Source: Camelus ferus (taxonomy: Eukaryota). Taken from it: a stretch of 64,000 nt of DNA. This document shows positions 11,945-23,459 of the stretch, one piece after another. How positions within the stretch are numbered: position 1 is the stretch's first letter; each line of letters begins with the position of its first letter. Under the pieces are notes generated by a model. That model was given only the letters and a program-made list of their open reading frames with translations. It ran no database searches and was not told where the DNA came from. The stretch lies in NCBI RefSeq assembly GCF_009834535.1, contig NC_045696.1, positions 90,150,001-90,214,000 of the forward strand, in the 5' to 3' direction. The translations under genes and the position numbers were made by a program.

Positions 11945-12760
11945 TAAACAAATGGGACTACATCAAACTAAAAAGTTTTTGCACAGCAAAGGAAACTATC
12001 CACATATTGAAAAGGCAACCTACTGAATGGGAGAAGATACTTGTAAACAACAAATCCAATAAGAGGTTAATATTCAAAACATATAAAGAACCCATACAAT
12101 TCAATATCAGAAGACAAACAATCCAACTAAAAATGGGCAGGGGACATGAATAGACATTTTTCCAAAGAAGACTTACAAATGGCCAACAGACACGTGAAAA
12201 GAATTTCAACATCACTAATCATCAGGAATGCAAATCAAAACCACACTGAGGTATTACCTCACACCTTTCAGAATGATTATCATCAAAAAGACAACACATA
12301 ACAAGTGTTGGTGAGGATGTGGAGAAAGGGAATCTTGAACACTGTTGGTGGGAATGTAAATCAGTGCAGCCACTGTGGAAAACAGTATGGAGGTGCCCCA
12401 AGAAATTTTAAAATAGAACTGCCACATGATCCTGCAATTCCACTCCAGGGCATTTACCCAAAGAAAACAAAAAACACTAATTCAAAAAGATATCTGCACT
12501 CCAATGTTCACTGCAGCCTTATTTCCAATAGCCAAGATATGGAAGCAACTTATGTGTCCACTGGTAGACAAATGGATAAAGAAGACGTCACACACACACA
12601 TTCGAATACTACTAAGCCATTAAAAAAAAATTGTCATTTGCAACAGCATGGATGGATCTAAAAGGTACTACGTTAAGTGAAATAAATCAGAGAAAGAGAA
12701 ATACTGTAATGATTTCATTTACATGTGAAATATTTCAATTAAAATTTTCTTAAATAAAAA
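11945..12760 (+). mobile_element. Second, younger L1 ORF2 C-terminal fragment, directly after the tail of the first
   Basis: AAATGGGACTACATCAAACTAAAAAGTTTTTGCACAGCAAAGGAAAC; ORF 12426-12623 (KDICTPMFTAALFPIAKIWKQ..CP..DKWIKK) is an L1 ORF2 C-terminal motif. Confidence 0.92.
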
Positions 12761-13519
12761 GACCAAGAAGACTAGAATGCCCCATCACTTAACACGGTTT
12801 TTTTTAAACTAACAATAAATAAATAATCATTGTTATTTTTAGCCAATTAAGTTGATAACAAGTTTTATTAATCATTCTATTATGTTTATTATGTTATTAA
12901 GTTTTTCATTCTCTCCTCTTGTTCTTCCCATCAGTGGTACTTTAGCACCTTGAGAACAAATGAAAACTACTGTTTTCCAAAATTTTATGCCATGACTGGC
13001 TTCCTGTTTTGTTTTAACTTTATCCTTTTGTTTTTTTCTGAATAGTCTGGATTATTTCAGTAACTTATTTTTTTTACTTTTTAAAAGAGTTTTCCAAACT
13101 AGTGCTAACCTGGACACAGCAGGCCTTCACACAGAAACCATTATTTTCAGGGTTCCTTCTGAAGGCTCGCAAGCAATGCCTAATGTCTGCCAAACCCTGG
13201 GCTGGGCACTGAGGATGTAGACGAGTAAAACAAGGTTTCTGCTGGGAAGATCCATCATCAAAGCTCCTTCCTCTAGTCAAAGGCAGATGTTTAGGATAAA
13301 CCTTTTCATCTGAGTGCCAAAATGCACTAACCTAGCAGACAGTGGGGTATCTGCTGAATGGCCTATGGTCAATGCACAGCTTTTGCAGTTATAGGGTGAC
13401 AAAGAACCCCATCTAACAGATTCTCCTGAGAGTTTCTACAATTAGGAGAGGTAGATGTCTGTGTGAGATGATGAAGTGAAGTTTCAACAGGCTAGAAGAA
13501 GAGTTAAGTAAACTTAAAT

Positions 13520-13630
13520 TCTTTTTTTTAATTTCTTTTTTAATTGAAGTATAGTCAGTTACAATGTGTCAATTACTGACATACAGCACAATGTCCCAGT
13601 TATGCATATACATACATATGTTTTTCATTT
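13520..13630 (-). mobile_element. Short young (camelid-type) L1 3' tail
   Basis: T-run then AATTGAAGTATAGTCAGTTACAATGTGTCAATT...TACAGCACAATGT, the reverse complement of the tail at 25005-25210. Confidence 0.8.
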
Positions 13631-14093
13631 AATGAAAAAGAATTTGAATTCTTTTTAATTGCAGTTGTAAAATCGACTTTACAACTTTTCTGAAGGTTCA
13701 GAAGGAAACTAAGATTCCACAATGTCCATTAACTTTATAATCCCTAAACTAAGCCTGATCATTTCTTGGAGTGTAGCTGCTTTACATCATTTTTGCTAAG
13801 ATCAAGTATGGCATTGGTTTTCTCTGGTTTAGTATCTCACATGTCCCAAGACAAATTAAGCTATTAAATAGAACTTGCAAAGTCACCCAGTGTTTACACA
13901 CACCACTTGCCCAATGTGCTAACAGAATGGGGACACAAAGTAAGGCAAACCCCTCCTCTCTCAGGCTCATCTCCCTCATATGTTGGGATGACTGGAATAG
14001 GCTCAAGAATGGGCTCTCACCCTCTGAGTGGGGATGAACTGTCTCCATGAGGTACTCAGTGGAACCAGGTGGGCGGGTTAAAGCTCCCCATCC

Positions 14094-14828
14094 TGCTACA
14101 ATGATAGGTACGTACTAAAAAATTTAATTTTGTTCAAAAAGCGGTAAAAAGAGGTCTGGCCTTTGCCCTTGGCTTCTGAGATATAATCTCTAAACCCTCA
14201 GAATGCCATGTCTGATAGGAGTATCTCTGTTTGCCTTGGCCTTGGGTCACACAGGACAGCCTAACGATGTGATTGTGAGTAATGCTGGCTCACCAGAGAG
14301 CCACAGGGTGGAGACTGGCCACGTTAGGTATTAATAATATGCTTTACGGTGGGGACTTTGGTATCAGTGGTGCAAGTCAACCTCCAGAAGGACTGAAGAT
14401 CAGAGACTGAGATCAACCCTGTGAGCAATCAATCACGCCTGTATGATGGAGCCCTGTGAACGAACACTCTGAATCCCGAGACTCATGTGAGCATCCCTAC
14501 TCCGTGAGTACTGTCGCACACTGATGCCAGAAGAGTAACCGCTATCCTGACTCCATGGGGAGATGATGACTGGAAGTTCCACGTGGGGTTCTTTTCCTTG
14601 ACTCTGCCCTATGCATCTTTTCCCTCAGCTGATTTTAATCTGTAACCTTCCCTACAATAAACCACAAACATGGCGATGGCTTCAGGGAGTTCTCTGAGTC
14701 CCTTTAGAAAGTTGTCAAACATGAGGGTGGTTTTGGAACCCCCTTCAAATTCATAGTTAATTCCAGAAGTAAGAGCGGTCTCGTATAGACTTTGTTGCCT
14801 CTAACTTTGCAGTTAGCTAACTTGTACA
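14094..14828 (+). mobile_element. ERV solo LTR (MER21C-like)
   Basis: TG...CA ends; AAGAGGTCTGGCCTTTGCCCTTGGCTTCTG...CTGATAGGAGT...GACTCTGCCCTATGCATC...CTGATTTTAATCTG...AATAAACC. Confidence 0.8.
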
Positions 14829-15169
14829 GCAGGTCAGGGCATGGTCAGGGCTACCTGATTTGAATTAGGTAGACCTGACCTATGTCCCACCCTTCTTAGC
14901 ACTGAGCGTCCCCTTACCTCTCCCCATCTCCTGCCCTCTTTCTTAATTGCTCCCTACTTATTCTTCCACTCCCAACTTCACTGTCATCTGTCTCCTCCCC
15001 ACTTATGAAAAACTTCTCTGAAAAAGACAAGGGGAGTTTGTTTATATGAATGTGTATAAATTGATATCAGCTTGCAGAGTATAAAATGGGCCAACTTGTC
15101 AGACTAGGTGGTATAAATGATGGTTACTCTCATCAGGACTTTTGCATTTTATTTGATAGGCATAAATAG

Positions 15170-15397
15170 TACCCTACTGCAGAGGTTTGAATCCTGCTTT
15201 GACAGCTACTAGCTGTGTGATCCTGGGCAAGTAAGTTAACTTACTTATCTCCAAGACTCAGTTTCTCTATTTTAAATGGGGGACTAATAATAGTACCTAC
15301 CTCCTGGGGTTATTGTTAGAATTAAATAATTTAATACATTTAAATACTTAAAATAGTGCCTGACACATAACAAGCCCTTAATAAACAGAAGTTATTG
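15170..15397 (+). mobile_element. MIR SINE
   Basis: GGTTTGAATCCTGC...ACTAGCTGTGTGATCCTGGGCAAGT...CTCAGTTTC...AATAGTACCTACCTC...AGTGCCTGACACATA. Confidence 0.9.
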
Positions 15398-15484
15398 CCA
15401 CTATTTTTAACCACAATATTAGTTTAAGGTAGCTTTTCATATCTTCATTCATGGAACTTCTGAATCAGAATTATCTGGGATTTA

Positions 15485-16330
15485 ATCCATGATCAATCTT
15501 AGCATCACTAAAAATGGAATAACACAACGTTATGTGTCTCCTTATATAATACAATAAGAAGTAGATAACTCCAATTACTAAAAAATTCTTGCCAAATTTT
15601 AAAAAACTAAAACTGAATCTAAATCAAGCCTATCTAATATCCAAACTCCCATCTATAGGCAACACAGGGGTCAAGACAGGTTATACAACACCCAGGGACA
15701 GACTCAGCCAAATCTAGAACGTGGGACATTCCTACAGCCTTGCTACTCAAAGTATGGTTCCCTATCTCCCCAACCCTCAACAGCTTCAGCCTCACCTGAA
15801 AGACAGAAACGTAGCATTGCAGGCCTACCTCAGATCTGCTGAGTCAGCATCTGCACTTAAGATTCACTGGTGATTTATATTAAAGTTGGAGAAGGTCTGG
15901 TTTCTCTACAAATCAGTGTCTTTAAAAAATGGGGAGTCATACAAAATAAAGACACAGAGCATACTACTGCAATGTATATAGATTTAAACAAGCCAACCAC
16001 AGAAAGGTATTTTTGACATAGAGAGATTTGAAGTGGGCCAAGTATTAACTGTTACTATAGAATTATTAATTTTGTTGGTTATGACATGCCATAGTGGTAT
16101 GTAAAAACAAAAACATGTTGGAAATGCCTAGTTAAATATTTACTCATTAAATAAACTAATGTAATGGATTGGTTTTAAAATACATGAGGAAAAAATTTTA
16201 ATGGGTACACAGACAAAATGAAAAATATTGATAATTGGTGGAACTGGGGGATGTATGTATGGAGGTTCATTACTCAACTTTATTTGTGTGGCTACTTGAA
16301 AATTTCTATAATAAAAATTTTTAATAATTA
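15485..16330 (+). mobile_element. Old L1 3'UTR (L1MC4/5-like) interrupted by MER5A
   Basis: GATCAATCTTAGCATCACT...AACTGAATCTAAATCAAGCCT...CAGCCAAATCTAGAACGTGGGACATTC...TTGAAAATTTCTATAATAAAA. Confidence 0.7.
15736..15897. mobile_element. hAT-Charlie MITE (MER5A-like)
   Basis: GCTACTCAAAGTATGGTTCC...CAGCCTCACCTG...CTGAGTCAGCATCTGCAC...GGTGATTT...AAAGTTGGAGAAG. Confidence 0.75.
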
Positions 16331-16657
16331 AATAAGCAATATTCTATTAAAAAATAATCGCCTCAAATGTCTGTCTAAAAAATCAGATTTCTGGGCACCC
16401 CCACCCCAAAATTACTGAACCCAAATCTCAAGTGTGAGCCCAAGCATGTAAGATTCTAAGATGCCAGGATTCTAAATGAAGACAGGGCCTGCAATGACAC
16501 CCCATGGGCAATTTCCTACCTTTTTTAGGAAGAAAACTTAGCACAGTCTATGAACCTCAGCTAACCAAAGCCCACAAGATCGTCATGAATTTAGACGAAG
16601 TACAAGTCAGGTCTCTGTTACTCCATTTGATAAATGTTTTTGAAGTGGCAGAGGATA

Positions 16658-16927
16658 GAAAAAAGGAAAGGAAATGAAAGGGAAGGGAAGGGAAGGGATT
16701 TTGGGAAGGGAAGGGAAGGAAGAAGGAAGGAAAAGAAAAGAAAAGAAAAGAAAAGAAAAGAAAAGAAAAGAAAAGAAAAGAAAAGAAAAGAAAAGAAAGA
16801 GGGAGGGAAGGAGGAAGGAAGGAAGGAAGGAAAGAAAAAGAAAGGAAGGAAGGAAAAGAAAGAAAGGAAGGAAGAAAGGAAGAAGGAAAGAAGGAAATGG
16901 AAGGGAAAGGGAAGAAAAAGAAAAGAA
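16658..16927. repeat. Compound purine-rich repeat: (AAGGG)4, (AAAAG)13, degenerate (GGAA)n/(GAAA)n
   Basis: Read directly: AAGGG x4 at 16678-16697, AAAAG x13 at 16731-16795. Confidence 0.97.
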
Positions 16928-18229
16928 CAGCAATGTCTCTCTCTCTACCCCCAGGCTTCGCATCCACCAGCATCAAGGAGGGCTCTTAACCAACTACCTG
17001 TCTGCTTTCACCCTAACACTGACAGCACCAGGCCCCCAGCACCAAGTGGAGAAATCTGCAGGAGAGGGAAGGCTGGGGGGAGGTTCTGCCAGGAAAGTTT
17101 AGGAGTTAACTACAACGGAGGCAGACAGATTTCTGCCCTTAAAAACAGAGTCGGGAGGCATCTCTCACCTCACCCAGAGTCAAATGTCCAGGTAAATGTT
17201 CTAAATGAAATTCCAAGCACATGATTTACAACTTTAATGTGATGCCTACTGCCTTTAATTAGATGAGGTGTCCTTTTTGAAATCACAGTTACAGACACTA
17301 GCCATTTTCAAAATGCCCTCAGGTAACTCCCAACATTTGTGCCCTTCAAGTGAGCAGTTCATTTTCACTCTCGCATACATAATAACTCACCCAGGCTGTT
17401 GCTGGCTGTACCCCTCAGTGCAAGAGATTTAACGCAGTAAATACACCGGGTTGGTCCTGTGAGGCTCTGGGACAGTTTCAAGATGAAAACTGTATAGATA
17501 AAGTGAGCCCTGAAAGGATAAATATCCCCCCAGGTGATATCCGAAAAGGGTAAAACTTGAATGTTTATATGTCTTTCCTGGTAAATTTTAACCTTCTTTG
17601 GCATTCTTCTAAATGGATTACTTAAAACTATTTTTGGATTTAAACTCACTCTTTTAAACTCATGGCATGATAAGTGATAGCTCTTTAATCTATTTTTTAA
17701 ATGATTTTTTTTTTTTTTTTGACGGCAAGAGGAAAACAAAGGAAAAAGTGAAGCCAACTCATTTTCCAGGAAAGTGAGTGGACAAGCATGGCAGGAGTTC
17801 ATCACTCTAGGAGCACCAGGCCTTGTCACCTGTGCCCATCAGTCCATTTTCATTCATCACCTGAGCCCAAGCCAAGAAGATAACAAATGCCGATTAGACC
17901 TTGCTCTTCCCTCTAAGGTCTCCATGAATCTGAAGGTTCCATCTTACTCAACAACTATAATTTATCTTCCTTTCTTTTTTTTTTTTTTTTCAGCTCTCTG
18001 TTGATATACAAGTATTGATTACCTAGACAGGCCGGAAGAAATGAGAGAAGGCAGAGCCCTTCCTACTAAACGTGTGGTCCATTTACTAGATGACAGCTGC
18101 TCACCAGCTTCTCAGGAGAGCCCAAGCTGGCAGGATGACCGAGGAATGCTATTAACATCTAGACTGATTTAGAGGGAGGGCAGGGAAGGGTGCCTCTGTG
18201 AGTTTTAGGTAATAGTTTCCCACTGTCTG

Positions 18230-18560
18230 GAAGGTCAAGACCCAACCCCTTAGCACACTTTACACAGCTGATCACAGTCTGGCTCTTCCCCAGCCACCCT
18301 GCCTCAGCACCCACCATTCTCCTACAGAACCCACCCCAGCTGGCCCAAAGCTCTTTTCTCTGTGGCTCCATCCTCTTCTTTTTTCCACCTGGAATTCTCT
18401 CTCAATATCTCACACATCTCCCAAGGCCCAGCTCCAGCATCACTTCCCCAGGGAAGGCTGCACTCACCTCTGGCTCTCTCCTCTTTGCTCTCATAAATTT
18501 TCTACCTGCCTCTACTAAAGCTCGCTGGCTTCCTACTGCAATTATTTGTGTCTACCTGTG
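18230..18560 (+). mobile_element. L2 remnant
   Basis: CCACCTGGAATTCTCT...AAGGCCCAGCTCCAGCATCACTTCCCCAGGGAAGG...ATTATTTGTGTCT. Confidence 0.55.
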
Positions 18561-19249
18561 ATTATAAATGAGCTAACCTGTTTTAATTTGGAAATGGAAA
18601 TGTTCTGTCTTCTTCCCCTCTTTTGCTGCAGTCAGAATGAAAGGAAACATGTCCCCTCACCACCTGGGAGCATTTGAAGGTTTTATTCCTGACCTCCAGA
18701 AACTTTAGGAAAAAGTTGGGGGGTAGAGGGTGTCTTGCCAGTAAGTTGTTATTAAAGAAGAGAACAGAGAGGAATTTATGTGGCAGAATCAGAGGGAAGA
18801 GTGGGACTCAAGAGGACTAGCCGAAAGGGGAGTAAGTGTGGTAAAGGAGATCTAAAGAGATGGGATTCCTGAGACCTGAGAACCAATGGAAGCCATGTTG
18901 GAACTGAGTCCGTGCTCAAGTACAGCTCAGCCTTCATCTTCGAGGAGAGCCTCCCATGTCCTGCACCCAAGTCTGTGCCGCCTGATCCCTCTTCTGTATC
19001 TGAGAGGATGTCCTTCTCCTCTCCCATCCTTCCCCTCACCTCACACTAGACTGCCCAGCACCCCCATAGCAGCAGACAGTACTTGGCTCTCATCCCATCA
19101 AAACTCCCCACCCCAGGAAATCCAGAAAGACACAGGAGCAGAGAGTCTTGAACTCTTAGTGGTGGGGAAAGCCTATACTTATCTTAGGAAGTGGGGATAG
19201 CATACTAACTGAGCAAACTAGGACCCTTAAGTAATTGGTGACAACCCTG

Positions 19250-19545
19250 TACTACTGGCCATCTCCCTAACTTGAGTGTGAGCTCAAGGACCATGTCCCA
19301 TTCATCACTGGTTCCCTAGGAAAATATCTGGAATGTAGTAAGTTCACAATGAATGTTAAGTGAATACATATCTAAAAGCAAACTGCTTGCTCTTTCCCTA
19401 AAAATATGCCCTTTTGTAGTAGGTGAAAGTTTTCAAAACTCCTCTATTACCATTTTTTTGTTACTAAATATTTATTGAGCACCTATCATATGCACAGTAC
19501 TGTGACAGGGAGAGAGGAGGAAGGTGCTATAAGAATGAATAAATA
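19250..19545. mobile_element. Two L2 tail fragments in opposite orientation (+ at ~19250-19370, - at ~19460-19545)
   Basis: GACCATGTCCCATTCATCACTG...TAGTAAGTTCACAATGAATGTT; AAATATTTATTGAGCACCTATCATATGC. Confidence 0.6.
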
Positions 19546-21314
19546 GAAAAACAACATTTAATGTGAGGTGATTCAACATATAAAAGTAATCATTTTTATA
19601 GATGTCAACATTCATAGCCAAAATGTTAAAATGTTATCATAATTTAATTTCAATCCTAAATCAGTACACATCGTCATCTTGTAATGGGCACTAAAAAGTA
19701 AAGTTTGTAACAGACACCCCCATAAGTCTCTCCCAATAGTATCCTAGGCCGTGTGTTGTGTAAAAGATTTTGGCACCACCAACTCCGGGCTCACAGACAT
19801 CAACAGAAGGAGGCTCAACACCATCATGTTGTATGTGAACAAAATACTCTTACTTGTAATCTGTGTTGAAGTGCAGAATTCATGGTTAGAATTTAAGGAC
19901 CAGGAGGAGAATTGTGAAGGCTTCTGCTAGTCTTCTTCAAACACAGGATTTAACTTTGTATTCCAGCAATTTAAAACAACTAACATGTCAAGCTGGGATG
20001 TAAGAAGTGATCAAATAGATCAAATATATTGGTAAGTAATGAACCTATGGCTGAAATTTAAGAGCAGAATTCAAAGAGTTATACAGCTGAAGGTCTTGAG
20101 TTTATCTCAGGCCGACTGGGGAGAATTCGTCTCTTCCCTGCTTTGTTTTACCCTAATTTCTCTCTCTCTCCTTCTGTCTCTCAGACCCCCTTTCGTCTTT
20201 ACTATTCTAACTGCATGTATTCTCCTCACTTGCAAGACTCTAGCTATGAACCAAACTCATGCTCCAAGAAGAAAATACATCCACATATCCCTACACAGGC
20301 AAAATTGTTTTATTCCCTTCTTTCACTTGATCCCTTGATGTGGCACTGGAAGCCTTTTAATATTTATATGCTTTCTCTGGCCAACTTTCCCACATCAGTC
20401 TACACAGATGCAGAGGCTCCTCCCCTTGGTGGCCTCAGACAGGACCTGGGAAGGGCTTTGCAGAGTGACCGTGAGCACACACCCCTTGTGTTACCTGCTC
20501 TTCTGGACAAGGTTCTCTTAAGGCAGTTGTACAGGAGCAGTGGACTTAGATGGTACACACCTTTGGAGTAGGTTAAAGCTTAGTTTGTAGACACCAGAAC
20601 CACTAGCCAATTGACACAAAGAAATTCAGTTATTCAAAGAAAAACATCAGTTAATCTACTGTGTCAATGTCAAGTCCGCAAAACAGCTGGCTGAGTTTTA
20701 AACTCTTTCACTTTCCAACTAGTAACTCTGCAGAAGCCACCATCACAATGATCAGTAAATTAGGCTGTTGAAAGGACTAAATACCAGAGAGGCTGCAGTG
20801 CAAAGCATCTAAACTGAAATTTTTAACATTATGGAACTAAAGTAGAATCATACTTCTATCTGTAATGGTTGAAATCCCACTTCAAAAGCAACCAATCAAT
20901 GCCCATGGCATAAAACAAAGGAAACACAATTCATTGCACAGGAGATTATAGAGTAGATGCCAGCACTGCTGAAATAATGAAAACTTATAAAAGAGTTAAA
21001 CTCAAATATGTTGCAACATTAAAGTTTTAGTCTTAAACTCGTTCTCAAACAAACCCAGGGCCACCAGGCAAACTCTAGTCGGGGTATCATCCACTTTCAC
21101 CTGTAAAAGCCATATACTGAATCGTTACCTATAAATCTCCTGTAACCAATGCTGGACAAGGAAAGACACTTGTTTTATGTTGTATTTCTTTTCTCTAAAA
21201 GGAGAATTATAATTTCTGAGTCTACATAAGGATTACCTAGAGCACTTATTAATATTAAATGCACATCTCCTCCTCTTGTTCAGTAAGCTTGAAGTTGGGT
21301 TCAAGGATCTTTCT

Positions 21315-21450
21315 TTTTTTTAACTTTTCATTTGGAAATAATTTTAGACTTACTGAAAAGCTGTGAAAATAATACACCCAAATTTCCTAATATTAGCATC
21401 TTAGTATAATTAGCACACCACAAAATTAACATTTATCCGATGCTCTTAAT
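21315..21450 (-). mobile_element. Old L1 3' end fragment (L1MC/MD-like)
   Basis: TTTTAACTTTTCATTTGGAAATAATTTTAGACTTACTGAAAAGCTG. Confidence 0.55.
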
Positions 21451-21451
21451 T

Positions 21452-21914
21452 AATTAATGGGTTGAGTTGTGGCCCCAAAAAGATATCTCTGAGTCTGAAG
21501 TCCCAGAACCTGTGAATGTGACCTTACTTGGAAAAAATGGTCTTTCCCACTGCAATTAAGTGAAGGATCTTCAGATGAGATTATCTTGTATTAACCAGAC
21601 AGACTTAAATTCAATGACAAGAACTCTATAAGGAAAGAAGACTCAGACAGAAGAGAAGAAACTCAGGGGAGAAGCCAGGCACAGACAGAGGCAGAGATCT
21701 GAGCTTCACCACCACAAGCCAAGTAACACCTGGACCTACCAGAAGCTGGAATAAGCAAGGAAGGATCCTCTCCTAGAGTCTTCAGAAAGGACCCAACGCT
21801 GCCAACACTTTGATGTAAGACTTCTGACTTCAAGAACTACGGAAGAATAAACTACGTTGTTTTAAGACACTCAGTTGTGGTGCTTTGTTATGGCAACTCT
21901 AAGAAACAAAAACA
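21452..21914 (+). mobile_element. MaLR solo LTR (MLT1C/D-like)
   Basis: ATGGGTTGAGTTGTGGCCCCAAAAAGATAT...CCAGAACCTGTGAATGTGACCTTACTTGGAAA...CCAGAAGCTGGA...AATAAA...TTTGTTATGGCAACTCTAAGAAAC. Confidence 0.9.
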
Positions 21915-22998
21915 TCCAGGTAACAATAGTAAATGACACGAATACTGTCTATCATTTCTGAGTATAATCACCTCTGCTCACTCCCAATAAAGGACTGGTG
22001 AATTGCAAAACTATTTTTAACCTTCGCTTAAGTCCTACAACTGTACACTCTTTCCTTCTGTCCAAATCTTAGTATTTCTAAAATAGCCTTTTAGAAATCT
22101 GAAATTTCTAAATTCCACAGAGAAAAAAGAATTACCTTTGAAACCTTCCTCCATGGAATTAATTGATCAAGGAGGACTCAATATCCTTCATAAGTATATT
22201 TACTGAGTATATGCACCACATTTTGTGATTTTTAAGCTTTGTCATGAAAAATAAAGCTTAATTGCTACTGTGAAGGAGTTAGGAAAAGCCTTTTTACATA
22301 AACTGTAACACATATGGATTTTCACATGTTAAATAATTTAAGAGATTTTAAATGTGCATGGCATTCTCAACATCTTCCTACTGGATATTAAGTTAATGTA
22401 ATATTTTTAACAATGGTTTAACTTTTACATTGCATAAATAATAGCTGAAGAGTAGGTCTTAAGCTTGATACTTTTGAACTGTGTGTTTTGACATATAATC
22501 CATAAATGAGAAATTTGGATCCAAATGATCCAAAATATGGCTGATAGTGGAATTTTGGGTGACTGGTATCCAATTCTGATATTTTGGTGTATGATTAGCA
22601 ATTTGTTTCAGTGTCATTTGATTCAGTCTATCAGTTTGAGCAAATAAATGAAGTTACACGATTCTCTTTAAGATATCTCTTGAATCTATCACCTTGCCCT
22701 CAACTATAAATAGTTAGGTGGGGTTTTCCAAGTAAAGTCTTTTAAATTTTGTACGAAACATATGAATATGTATTATCCCTACCAAGTAAATAAGCACTGA
22801 TCTATAAGCTTAAGAATCAAAATAAACTATTCTTCATCAAAGCAAACATTTTAGTGGGAACTGAAAGGGGATATGAGCCCCTTTCAAAAGCTAAGGAATA
22901 AGTACCATATTCTTTATATGAATGGAGTCCATCAGTATTTGCCTAATGCTGCCAAGTATGGAAAGATTCTGCTAAGAGATTCTGGCAGATTTGAACAC

Positions 22999-23072
22999 TT
23001 AATCTGCCTTCAACTTTTCATCCCACTTTGAAAAATCTTCTAATCTGATTGGCTTTTCATCTTCCTTATAGA
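22999..23072 (-). other. Candidate stop-containing exon (xYKEDEKPIRLEDFSKWDEKLKAD*)
   Basis: Strong minus-strand acceptor TTTCTTTTTACCCTTTCAG, then a phase-1 frame of 23 charged residues ending in TAA; no homologue recognised. Confidence 0.2.
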
Positions 23073-23459
23073 CTGAAAGGGTAAAAAGAAATTTTCACTT
23101 TCATTGGTCTCTATATCCCATAACCTGAGAAATCTAACAAACATCTCCATCATACAGTGCCAAGTAGACTTGTTTTCATTCTGAAGTGCAACAGATTTCC
23201 CCACATTTCTCTTGATATAGCTCAACAGAGTGAATGCGTGGTAGTTAATACAGTCCTATCTGTCTCAAAATCTGCAGCAAAAGTACTCAGAAACAAAATA
23301 CAACGAATAACAAGTCTGTTTTTAAAAATCAAAACGTGAGGATTACACATGTAAATTTAATTTCCCTTCCTAATAAATGTATTCTTCAGCTGCTTAGAAA
23401 ATACGGAAAGCTGAATCTGAAAATCAATCCAGGTATGTCTCTAAGTATTAAAGAAAGGG

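Noticed and set aside
13782..14048. PMPYLI motif reminiscent of DENN domains
   Set aside because: Only six residues, flanks do not match and a stop follows within five codons.
16557..17224. Four overlapping K/E/R-rich or F/S/L-rich ORFs
   Set aside because: Translations of the stop-free purine repeat.
18650..19245. Possible very old LTR (also ~51250-51560 and ~54540-55140)
   Set aside because: They appear to interrupt L2/MIR context, but I could not match a consensus well enough to call them.
22136..22154. Minus-strand ATG-MEEGFK followed by donor AAG|GTAATT
   Set aside because: No convincing acceptor or promoter; the resemblance to the SV2A N-terminus is too short to mean anything.
22513..22526. 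Perfect 14-bp palindrome ATTTGGATCCAAAT
   Set aside because: About four such palindromes are expected by chance in 64 kb.
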